A stretch of 54,520 nt of DNA, taken from Candidatus Micrarchaeota archaeon. Its GTDB lineage: Archaea > Micrarchaeota > Micrarchaeia > Anstonellales > Bilamarchaeaceae. Below, one piece after another: positions 20,498 to 28,792 of this stretch. Positions within the stretch are counted from its first letter, which is position 1. Every line of letters starts with the position of its first letter. Under the pieces are notes generated by a model. It was not told the DNA's origin. It did no database searches and saw only the letters and a program-made list of their open reading frames with translations. Location: positions 1-54,520 of the forward strand of contig JBFMEZ010000001.1 of assembly GCA_040753215.1 (NCBI GenBank), read 5' to 3'. A program made the position numbers and the translations under genes.

Positions 20498-21244
20498 TTA
20501 TCCCATCGCCGCGAGGCACTGCTCCCTCTCGTCCCCGGTGTAGGTATAGCAGATTGCCGAGGGGTCCTGCATAATATTGCTGAAGTCGCAAATCTCTCCG
20601 GGTGTCGCGAACTTTTCGTCCCCGAAGGCCTCCGGGAAGCACTCGTATGAGACCGGGGGCTGCGCGTAGTCCAGGGTCGTGGTTTCGACGCTGCCGGGCT
20701 CTGACTCGGTGCCCCCCTCCTCTCCAGTTTCGGTTATGTCGAAGGACAGCCAGTCGCAGTTCTCCAGCCCGGTGCCTCCTGCTCCGGAAACGGTGAAGTA
20801 CATCATCTTCTTTGCGCCCACCGGCTTTATCACTTCTGTGAATTGCTGGGCCCCTCCCTCCACGACAGTTTCCCCGGTTATCATTATCTTCTCGCCCAGG
20901 ACGTACATGTCGAAGGTTCCTGGAAGGTCTCCACCATAGGTGACGGTGCAGTGGACCGGCGTGCCCATCGCGATGAGGGCCTCCATGCTCCATGCGCCGA
21001 GGTCGAGCGGGCCTCCGCCCGTTGCCCCTCCTGTTGCGGCACCGGCCCCTGCTCCAGCCGCCGCTCCCGCGCCTGCGCCGGTTTCAGCGCCCGCTGCTGC
21101 ACCTGCGCCTGCCGCGGCTCCTTCTGCGGGCGCCCCTGTTGGCGCGCCTCCGGACGGCGCCCCGCCCTGCGGCGCTCCTGCCTGCTGCTGCGCACAGCCG
21201 AATAATAAAATAGCCGCAAGCAATATCGCGAATATGTATTTCAT
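20498..21244 (-). CDS. Lipoprotein with Gly/Ala-rich linker
   Basis: MKYIFAILLAAILLFGC lipobox; SD GGTGA before 21244 (track start 21316). Confidence 0.8.
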   Translation of the reverse strand: MKYIFAILLAAILLFGCAQQQAGAPQGGAPSGGAPTGAPAEGAAAGAGAAAGAETGAGAGAAAGAGAGAATGGATGGGPLDLGAWSMEALIAMGTPVHCTVTYGGDLPGTFDMYVLGEKIMITGETVVEGGAQQFTEVIKPVGAKKMMYFTVSGAGGTGLENCDWLSFDITETGEEGGTESEPGSVETTTLDYAQPPVSYECFPEAFGDEKFATPGEICDFSNIMQDPSAICYTYTGDEREQCLAAMG

Positions 21245-21291
21245 CTTTTCACCGTGCGGAAAATCAACGGGAAAATATAAAAGAGGTGCGC

Positions 21292-22368
21292 TCAGCCGGC
21301 TCTCCATGCGTCCCATGCGGGCCTTGAAGTCCCGTCGCCGCGGAGCAGGCCCATGCTGTTGAAGGGCTCAACCGTATCCTGGCCGTATAGGAAGCTCCAG
21401 ACTGCAAGTTTCATGTCTAAGCCGCTGGTTAGGTCAAAAAACCTAGTTACAAATTCCGCCTGCTCATCCTCGCTGCTTTCCCAGCCCGCGGGGCTGGCTG
21501 CGCTGTGCCAGCCAATTTCCGTGAATGCGATTGGCTTGTCCGTATGGGTTGGGATTTCGGAATAGTAATCGGATGGGATTTCGGATGGATTTTTGTAAAT
21601 CAAATCCGGGTAGGTGGTGAATGCGATTAAATCGGATTTGGGGAAGCGGGAGAGGAGTTCCCATTGCGCATCTGCGGGATTATTTTCTCCTCCGAATAAT
21701 CCTCCGTCCAGGCCCTTCATTTTTTCCAATTGGAAGACGGTGAAGATTTTTGTGTTGGGGGAGACGGCCTTTACCGCATCGTATGTTTCATCGTATAGGG
21801 AAACGAATGAATCGAAATCGGAAGGGGATTTTTCGTAGAGGATATTTACTTCTATTCCAAGGCCCAGGTATTCCGGCTTATATTCTTCCGCGAAGGCTAC
21901 TGCCGCATCCTTGTATGCCCGCCTGTTTGCTTCATCTAGCGGCCTCACAAGCTGGCCGGCGGACTGGGTGAAGAACTGTGCTTCTATTACCGGAACGTAA
22001 TTGTATTGGGAAGAGAGGGAAGCGATTACTACGGGACCGCCGCCCTGTGTATTTGAAAGCTCGTTCCAGTCGCCTGCCCACATGACCGCATCTCCGGCTT
22101 CCTGCGCCTTTGAGAAGAAATCGGTGAAATCCGAAGAACTGAAGCTCCTGGGGGAAAGTGAGACGCCTTTGAGGAATTGGGGCGCGGGTGGAGAGATAGT
22201 GGACGGGGTTTGGGTGCCTCCGCCGGATGATGGCTGGGAGCCGGGTGCCGGTTGCTGTGTGCCGGATGCGCCATTCTGGGAACCGGAAACCGGGGGCTGG
22301 GAACCGGGTTGCTGCGTGCAGCCGAAAAGGAGGAGGGTGGCCAGGAATAATGCTAGTATGGATTTCAT
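21292..22368 (-). CDS. Lipoprotein, clan GH-A-like glycoside hydrolase
   Basis: LLFGC lipobox; GIEVN acid/base, TTYP, and IAFTEIGW nucleophile motifs. Confidence 0.75.
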   Translation of the reverse strand: MKSILALFLATLLLFGCTQQPGSQPPVSGSQNGASGTQQPAPGSQPSSGGGTQTPSTISPPAPQFLKGVSLSPRSFSSSDFTDFFSKAQEAGDAVMWAGDWNELSNTQGGGPVVIASLSSQYNYVPVIEAQFFTQSAGQLVRPLDEANRRAYKDAAVAFAEEYKPEYLGLGIEVNILYEKSPSDFDSFVSLYDETYDAVKAVSPNTKIFTVFQLEKMKGLDGGLFGGENNPADAQWELLSRFPKSDLIAFTTYPDLIYKNPSEIPSDYYSEIPTHTDKPIAFTEIGWHSAASPAGWESSEDEQAEFVTRFFDLTSGLDMKLAVWSFLYGQDTVEPFNSMGLLRGDGTSRPAWDAWRAG

Positions 22369-22495
22369 CTTTACACCGGGAGATAAGATGGGAAAATCCG
22401 TTTATAAGGATTCCGCCCGGGCGGAAATTTTTGCCTCATTTTTTCCGCTGAGACGGAATTGCCAGCACCTGCATCGCCGATTTATTTATGTTTTC

Positions 22496-22573
22496 TACCA
22501 TTATCCATCAAATGTTAACGTTTTGTTTATGTTTAGTGGATAATGGTAAGAAATATAAATACATATTATCCAT
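22496..22573. promoter_or_regulatory. Inverted-repeat operator and TATA upstream of the Fic gene
   Basis: TACCATTATCCA 22496-22507 / TGGATAATGGTA 22537-22548; ATATAAAT next; third ATTATCCA copy before the ATG. Confidence 0.55.
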
Positions 22574-22582
22574 TAGATACAT

Positions 22583-23878
22583 ATGAAGACCAAATGGGAT
22601 GTCCTGTTCGCATTGTTTGAACTGAAGAAAGGCGGGCTGGCGGAGATAGCAAGGAAAAGCGGCGCCCATCCTTCGGCCGCATGGCAGCGGCTAGAGGCAC
22701 TTATGAAAGACGGAATGGCCGTCAGGAAAGATGGCGTTTATGAGCCAAACAAAGGCAATGCTAAAACCTGGGAAGCATTTGAGATAATGAAATTCTGCAT
22801 GGGCAGGAGGATTAACTACAACCTTATGCTCAGGGAGGAGTTTGCGAAAGTAATAGCGGTTGCATCGGCAAAAGGCGAGTTCGTGCTCGGGGACCTCAAA
22901 GGGATGAACGTGAAGACTGCCCGCAAGTACCTCTCCTGCCTATCAAGGATAAACCTGCTGCTGGTCCTTTCCAAGAAGCCGCTTAGGATGAAGCTCGTAT
23001 CGGACCCGGTGTTTGCGCACGTGCTGGCATTTTTCGGGATGGAAACGGGGGACCAAACCGAACGCCCAGAGCAGCGATTGGGCAAAGAGAGCGGGCGTTC
23101 GGTTTGCAGGAAACTGGAAACTGGAAAGCGGGCGGAGAAACGGGTATCCGCAGAATACGGAGAGATAGAAAGCCTGCTTGCGGAGATAAGGCGGCACAGG
23201 CGGGATTTGCCACTCGCCGATTTCGAGGAGGAGCAGAAGATAGAATTCACTTCGGCCTCCACGCAGCTGGAGGGGAACACCTTTACGCTGGAGGAATCCA
23301 AGGAGCTCATATTGCACGACATAGTGCCGCCTGACAAGAAATTGAAGGAGGCGAACGAGGTGAAGAATTACTTCTCCGCGGTGAATCATCTGCTTGCGCA
23401 TCTTTCCGAGCCCATGAGCATAGACTACATCCTGGATTTGCACAGGATGGTGGTTTTCAACCTCGGGGTGCGCGAGGGGATAAGGGCGGTGAATGTTTCC
23501 ATAAAGGGAAACCCCTTTTATAAGGTGGCGCACTTCTCGGAAATATTGCCCAAGCTGCAGGGGCTTTGCGAAAAGGTGAATGAGTTCTGCTCGAAGAAGA
23601 GGGGCGCGGATGAGACCATAGAGTTTGCGACTTATGTGCATAACGAATTCCAGCACATACATCCGTTTGAGGACGGGAACAGCAGGGTTACGCGGCTGCT
23701 CTGGGATTACGTGCTGATGAGAAACGGGTTTCCCCTTATTAACATCTATTCGAATGCGAAGGCGGAGTACCTTTCCCTTACGAAAATGGCGCGGGAAAGG
23801 GATGATGGGAAGCTGAATGCCTTTCTTGCGGGCATAATCAAAGATAATCTGTACCGGATGGCGAGGGCCGTGAAGTGA
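22583..23878 (+). CDS. Fic-domain protein with N-terminal wHTH
   Basis: HPFEDGNSRVTR Fic motif; STQLEGN autoinhibitory motif; N-terminal HTH. Confidence 0.92.
   Translation: MKTKWDVLFALFELKKGGLAEIARKSGAHPSAAWQRLEALMKDGMAVRKDGVYEPNKGNAKTWEAFEIMKFCMGRRINYNLMLREEFAKVIAVASAKGEFVLGDLKGMNVKTARKYLSCLSRINLLLVLSKKPLRMKLVSDPVFAHVLAFFGMETGDQTERPEQRLGKESGRSVCRKLETGKRAEKRVSAEYGEIESLLAEIRRHRRDLPLADFEEEQKIEFTSASTQLEGNTFTLEESKELILHDIVPPDKKLKEANEVKNYFSAVNHLLAHLSEPMSIDYILDLHRMVVFNLGVREGIRAVNVSIKGNPFYKVAHFSEILPKLQGLCEKVNEFCSKKRGADETIEFATYVHNEFQHIHPFEDGNSRVTRLLWDYVLMRNGFPLINIYSNAKAEYLSLTKMARERDDGKLNAFLAGIIKDNLYRMARAVK
23040..23129. repeat. Variant palindromic element inside the Fic gene, flanked by heptamers
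   Basis: Perfect 14-bp IR CAAACCGAACGCCC 23054-23067 / GGGCGTTCGGTTTG 23093-23106, then AGGAAAC TGGAAAC TGGAAAG. Confidence 0.8.
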
Positions 23879-23921
23879 TATAACACTTGTCTTATATGAC
23901 ACCGGTGTTAGTTGTGTTAGG

Positions 23922-24851
23922 TTAGAGCCCTTTCTCGTAAAGGGTGGCTGGCTGCTCGGAGTAACCCCGGGCTCTGAAGTGCGGGGCGTTTTTCGTCCAT
24001 TCGCTGGTCATGGCGCACATATCCAGCCCTAGGGCAAATGTGGCCTCCTCCGCAATATCCTTGAGCATCCTGCTGACTCCGTGCCTGCGCATCTCCGGAA
24101 GCACGCAGTTCCTCGTCATGTAGCCCCTCCTGCCGTCCTGAACCTTCAGTTGCACGCCGACTATGCAGCCCCCGGCTTCTGCCACAAGTGCAAGGTTGCC
24201 TGGCTTGGAGAACTGGAGCTCGAGCCTGTCCTTCCTGTCTGTGCCATCGGGGCAGCCCGTGCCCGCCTGCTTCCAGACCTCAAGCACCCGCTCGTAGTCC
24301 TCTGTGGTATATTGCCTTGCCGTAATGGCTGGATCATACTCCTTTTTCTGTACGCCCTGCTCCCTTTGCTTGAGGAAGTAAATCATCGGATTGTATTTCG
24401 GGTCCATCGAGTAGCCGCATGCCTTCAGGAACCCTTCCGCATGCTCGTTTCCTGGGAGAATCAGCCCGAAATTCCAAATTATCCCGAATTCTCTTATCCC
24501 GTTCTCGGCTTCCTCCATAAGGGCTTTCCCGATTCCCCTGCGCTGGAGTTCTGGAGAGACCACAACCTGGTTTATCCAGCCGGTTCTCCAGTCGTGGGTC
24601 GCGAAGATGGAGCCTGCAATTCGCCCGCCAACCTCTGCTACTAAATAAACCGCATTAGGCTGGGAAATCTGTCTTTCGACGCTTTCCCTGCTTTCCCATC
24701 TCTGGGCGTTGTGCGGAACCCTTGTTTCTGTAAAGAGCCCGATTACCCTTTCGTAGTCATCAATCTTGAATTTGCGTATGGCGACCGCCAGGCCGGAGGC
24801 TGTCCTGATTTGCTTTGCTCCTGCTTCTGGCTGAATGGTTATCTTTTGCAT
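23922..24851 (-). CDS. Tandem GNAT acetyltransferase
   Basis: Two GNAT repeats (VVSPELQRRGIGKALM; VLPEMRRHGVSRML). Confidence 0.88.
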   Translation of the reverse strand: MQKITIQPEAGAKQIRTASGLAVAIRKFKIDDYERVIGLFTETRVPHNAQRWESRESVERQISQPNAVYLVAEVGGRIAGSIFATHDWRTGWINQVVVSPELQRRGIGKALMEEAENGIREFGIIWNFGLILPGNEHAEGFLKACGYSMDPKYNPMIYFLKQREQGVQKKEYDPAITARQYTTEDYERVLEVWKQAGTGCPDGTDRKDRLELQFSKPGNLALVAEAGGCIVGVQLKVQDGRRGYMTRNCVLPEMRRHGVSRMLKDIAEEATFALGLDMCAMTSEWTKNAPHFRARGYSEQPATLYEKGL

Positions 24852-24928
24852 AAGTATTATTACGATGATAAGTTTTATAAAGTGGCATGTTGTGTAAAAT
24901 AGTGAAAATCTAACACTAAACCGGAAAT

Positions 24929-25059
24929 AAACATAAGCAGAGGAAAGGATAGTCCAATAATTACTGGATATGTAATAAGCCTTTAGTAGCCGCTGGCTGA
25001 AACCCTCGCGTTAGCTAGAGTCTTACACCACGGCTCTATCAAACCCGTCTATTACGGGC
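24929..25059 (-). repeat. Displaced duplicate of the 23S rRNA 3' end plus trailer
   Basis: 131-bp direct repeat of 26604..26734 with 6 mismatches by manual alignment. Confidence 0.92.
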
Positions 25060-25128
25060 AGTCTACTTTAATTTACTATAAGCCTGCTCAAGCAAAGTTA
25101 TTTAAAGTTACTTAAAGTAATTCTCGCG

Positions 25129-26520
25129 GTGCTTGGCTTGTCCGGATACACCTATGCGAATCTGCAAAAATGGGTCTTGGAATGGGAAGGCCCGGCCATG
25201 GAGTTCAAGTCAGGTGTTTCCAAGGAAGCCGGGCAGACGATATCTGCATTTGCCAACTCATATGGAGGAATGATCGTTTTCGGAGTCGAACCCAGGAAGA
25301 AGGAACTCGTGGGGCTGGCTAACCCTGATGAGGAATCCCAGCGAATCAGGCAAATCCTTGACGAATGCAAGCCGAATCCAAAGCCTGAGCAGGAGTTTGT
25401 CCGCAACGAGGGCAAAACGTTCATAGTCCTGAAGATTGAGGCTTTTCCATACTCCCAAAGCCCATGCTTTTATCGCGGGCGTTGCTATATCAGGCAGGGG
25501 ACAACGAACCTAGAACTCTCCGGCCCTGAGCTTGTTGACCTCCTGAAAAGACGCGCTGTTCTGAATTTCGAAGAGTCCAGATGCAGGCTGGCATTGCAGG
25601 ATCTTGACATGGAAAAGATAAGCTTGCTGCTGAAAAGAAGGGGAGTGAAGGCCGAAGGACTTGCAGATGAAGAACTAAAACCCATTCTTGCCGGGCTGAA
25701 TGTCGCAAACTATAATGGCGACTTCTTTCTGAAAAATGCGGCAATCCTTTTCTTTGCCAGAGAGCCCCAGCGTTTCCTCTCGAACCTCGAAGCAAGGATT
25801 GTGAAGTATAGCGGGACAGAGCCGGAGCTTGGGGCGATAGTGCTGGACAAAAGGCTGTATGGGACCCTGCCAGAACTTATTGAAAACACGCTAAAGCTCA
25901 TCGCGGAGAATATCGGGAAAACCTACATCCTGGTTGGCCCCAAGCGGGAGGAAGTTCTTGATTATCCCAGAGAATCCCTAAGAGAGGTAATCACCAACGC
26001 TTTTGGGCACAGGGACTATTTCGAACCCAAGGAGGTCCTTGCGGAAATTTTCGAAGACAGGCTCCAGATTACAAATCCGGGAGGGCTTCTTCCGGGGCAA
26101 AATCTCAGCAATTTTGATAAAACGCCCAGGCACAGGAATCCGATCGTTTACCGCCTGCTCCACGACCTCGGGCTTGGTGAGGGGCTGGGCCTTGGGATAC
26201 GCCTGATACGGAAACAGTTCAGGCAGGCAAAGCTTCCTGACCCGGAGTTTTTTGAAATCGGAAACGCATTCCAGGTTGTATTCTACAATTCGAGGAGCGC
26301 AAAAAAACGCTATCCGGTGGAGTTCGTAAACGTAAGGCAGAAGCAGGCGCTGGCTTACCTCCAGAAGAAGCCGATGATAAAGGCTGCCGAATACGCTAAA
26401 ATGACGGGTGTATCGCAGCCTACTGCAGTAAAAGACTTGAATGAGCTGGTGAAACAGGGAAAAATCAGGAAGATAGGCAAGTTTAGGGGAGCCTACTATG
26501 AACTTATCAAAAAACAGTAA
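25129..26520 (+). CDS. Schlafen/AlbA_2 + HATPase_c_4-like + wHTH protein
   Basis: EGPAMEFKS, ISAFANSYGG, LREVITNAFGHRDY, ITNPGG, RNP, GLGI, C-terminal wHTH. Confidence 0.9.
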   Translation: MLGLSGYTYANLQKWVLEWEGPAMEFKSGVSKEAGQTISAFANSYGGMIVFGVEPRKKELVGLANPDEESQRIRQILDECKPNPKPEQEFVRNEGKTFIVLKIEAFPYSQSPCFYRGRCYIRQGTTNLELSGPELVDLLKRRAVLNFEESRCRLALQDLDMEKISLLLKRRGVKAEGLADEELKPILAGLNVANYNGDFFLKNAAILFFAREPQRFLSNLEARIVKYSGTEPELGAIVLDKRLYGTLPELIENTLKLIAENIGKTYILVGPKREEVLDYPRESLREVITNAFGHRDYFEPKEVLAEIFEDRLQITNPGGLLPGQNLSNFDKTPRHRNPIVYRLLHDLGLGEGLGLGIRLIRKQFRQAKLPDPEFFEIGNAFQVVFYNSRSAKKRYPVEFVNVRQKQALAYLQKKPMIKAAEYAKMTGVSQPTAVKDLNELVKQGKIRKIGKFRGAYYELIKKQ

Positions 26521-26936
26521 ATAACTCTAAATTATAGTATCTTCAAGTAAATTAAAGTAAATGTGCCGGTTGGCAAATTTGCCAATTGGCAGTAAGGAGA
26601 ATAAAACATAAGCAGAGGAAAGAATAGTCCAATAAAGATTGGATATGGAATAAGCCTTTAGTAGCCGCTGGCTGAAACCCTCGCGTTAGCTAGAGTCTTA
26701 CACCACGGCCCTATCAAACCCGTCTATTACGGGCGGCCTTGCTTCCTAGTTTTGAGAGCCGCTTCGACCTTAGATGCTTTCAGGTCTTATCGGCGTGGGG
26801 CGTAGCTGCCCAGCGATGCATTGACACAACTGGTATACCAGAGGCCCCGGGTCTCCGTTCCTCTCGTACTCAAAGACCCTTCCTCTCAAGAAGCAACACT
26901 TCCAGAAGATACTACCGTACTGTCTCGCGACGTACT

Positions 26937-27878
26937 TTAGGCCGAATCCAGAGCCCTAGGGCTCTGAAACGAGCTTGTTGGAAGAACCAATTTCCCTCAA
27001 AAAGGCTGCTTTGGATTTCTCCCTTATGTAAAGGTAATAGAAATCCCTGCCTTTCCTGGTTTTGCGCTCCTCAATCTTGGGCCTGCATTCCACGCCGAAT
27101 CTCTTCAGCATGGATTTTATCTCAAGTAGAGACTGCAGGTTAGCCTGGCAAAACCCGAGGTTCTGACCGGAAACGCCGTCCGCATCAAAAAACCCGCGAA
27201 TGTAGAACTTTTGGATTTCTTTCGGCCCATCCAGGATTATCCTGGGGGTGGGCCAGTCTACCTTCCTGCCCATAGGAATATCGAATATCCTTGTGAAATA
27301 TTCGAAGACAGGACGGTTGCTGAAGGTCAGTTTGGGTATGTAACCCTCCCTCGCAACCAATCGGGGTTTGTTGGATGGGGCAAAGGTGGTCTCGATGAGC
27401 TCACTAAGGAACCGTAACCATTTCGTATTCTTTTGGTAATAGCAGACTTCGTATTTTCCGCTATAGTTCAGGGTTCCGTCCCTCAGCGCACCAACGAGGT
27501 ATGCAACCTGCGGGTTTGGGAGCGGGAGCTTCGCAGAAGCGGCATTGCCGCCGTTCCCAAAACGCACACGGTATTTTCTGAGCGCCTTCTCCAAAGCTTC
27601 TTCCGTCGCGATTGAAAGAAGAAAGGAGAGAGGCGGGTACCGTGCGCCGCAAATGTAATTGTAGATTGCATTATGGTGTATTCCAAGCTCAGTTGCCAGC
27701 GCGGAAACCGAGAGATTTGGCTTCAGGAGGGAGGAAATTCCTTCCGCATCAGCCATCACTTTCGTTTCCGGCGGGAACCTTTGCGCAATCCGGATTTTTA
27801 TTGTTGGTTCTCCCGGTATCATAGAGGAATAATTGAAGACGTAAACTATATAAGTTTACCCAGCTCGTGTGGATTCGT
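26937..27878 (-). mobile_element. 942-nt archaeal BHB-type 23S intron with homing endonuclease (after ~E. coli 2586)
   Basis: Removal restores GAGCUGGGUUC^AGUACGUC; terminal stem CGAAUCCA/UGGAUUCG; 4-bp central helix GGGU/GCCU. Confidence 0.9.
26956..27822 (-). CDS. Two-motif LAGLIDADG homing endonuclease with N-terminal HTH-like region
   Basis: AYLVGALRDG and YIRGFFDADG motifs; lies wholly inside the intron. Confidence 0.9.
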   Translation of the reverse strand: MIPGEPTIKIRIAQRFPPETKVMADAEGISSLLKPNLSVSALATELGIHHNAIYNYICGARYPPLSFLLSIATEEALEKALRKYRVRFGNGGNAASAKLPLPNPQVAYLVGALRDGTLNYSGKYEVCYYQKNTKWLRFLSELIETTFAPSNKPRLVAREGYIPKLTFSNRPVFEYFTRIFDIPMGRKVDWPTPRIILDGPKEIQKFYIRGFFDADGVSGQNLGFCQANLQSLLEIKSMLKRFGVECRPKIEERKTRKGRDFYYLYIREKSKAAFLREIGSSNKLVSEP

Positions 27879-28489
27879 GAACCCAGCTCATGTGGGACTT
27901 TAATGGATGTACAACCCAACCCTTGGCTGCTCCTACACAGCCAGGATGTCCCAAGCCGACAGCGATGTACCAAGCCGCGGGGTCGATGTGTACTCTCGCC
28001 CGCGACGAGCCTGTTACCTCCAGGGTAGCTTGTCTGACAGATTAGAGCCCTACCGATAAGCTTCTAATGTTCGTTAAGCCCGGCTTTCGCCTCTGCATCC
28101 CACGCTTTTAGGGATACAGTCAGCCCTGCATTTGTCTTTAACCCTCTACATCCGATTTCTGACCGGACTGAGCAGAGCATTGGGCGCCTTTGTTTCCTTA
28201 TCGAAGGCGTACCGCCCCAGCCAAACTATCCACCTGATGCTGTTCCCTTGCGGGTAAGCAATAACAGAACGATTAAGTGGTGTTTCACTTTTGCCTCCGC
28301 CGCCCCCGGAAGGGCGGCCTCGACGGCTCCCACTTACGCTAGGTAACCGCACCGCTACCACAACAACAGGCTATAGTAAAGCTCCATGGAGTCTTCGTTT
28401 CCCTCTGGAAGTCCCCGGCATCTTCACCGGGAAGTGACTTCACCGGGTCCCAGGCAGGGACAGTGGGAGAGGCGTTACGCCATTCATGC

Positions 28490-28526
28490 ATCGGCGGAGA
28501 ATGCTTCATGCTTAAAGCAGACTCCT
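28490..28526 (-). other. 37-nt BHB-type 23S intron (after ~E. coli 1963)
   Basis: Helix CGGC/GCCG, bulges UU^A and AU^G; splicing restores GCGGCUUGCAUG. Confidence 0.85.
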
Positions 28527-28551
28527 AAGCCGCCAATTAAGCGGCGAGGTA

Positions 28552-28689
28552 TTGCGCCAAGGCCATACTCGAATGAGTATTACCGAGGATTTCTCACCAC
28601 TTAATCAACTAATGGCGCTTGCCAAGAGCAACTCTACCGCGCTCCTAAGGTCATCCTCTTCTCTTATCATAAAAGATGTATGACCTTGT
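28552..28689 (-). other. 138-nt BHB-type 23S intron (after ~E. coli 1938)
   Basis: Helix GCGU/GCGC, bulges AA^A and AA^U, stem CAAGGUCAU/AUGGCCUUG; restores GGUAGCGUAAUACC. Confidence 0.85.
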
Positions 28690-28700
28690 TTACGCTACCT

Positions 28701-28729
28701 GTCTCCTAAAGAGCTTCTGAGCTCCTCAA
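28701..28729 (-). other. 29-nt BHB 23S intron (after ~E. coli 1927)
   Basis: Helix CUCU/GGAG, bulges UA^U and AC^A, 9-bp stem; restores CUCUUAAGGUAG. Confidence 0.88.
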
Positions 28730-28744
28730 TAAGAGGGTCAGAGT

Positions 28745-28792
28745 CTAGGGTCAATGCTCCGAAACCGGAAACTGAAAACTCGGAACACCGAT
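28745..28792 (-). other. 48-nt BHB-type 23S intron (after ~E. coli 1912, H69 loop)
   Basis: Helix GGGG/CCCU, bulges UA^A and AG^A, 13-bp stem; restores GGGGGUAACUCUGAC. Confidence 0.88.

Noticed and set aside
22496..22548. DnaA boxes or replication origin
   Set aside because: Only partial TTATCCA matches in an archaeal genome, with no cdc6/orc1 or ORB repeats; better explained as an operator
23879..23927. Integron attC site after the Fic gene (TATAAC...GTTAG)
   Set aside because: Too short, lacks clear L boxes, not repeated after other genes, and no integrase is present
28490..28792. One large group I intron or a misassembly
   Set aside because: Conserved rRNA micro-exons lie between the inserts, each insert has its own BHB-like motif, and no group I core is visible
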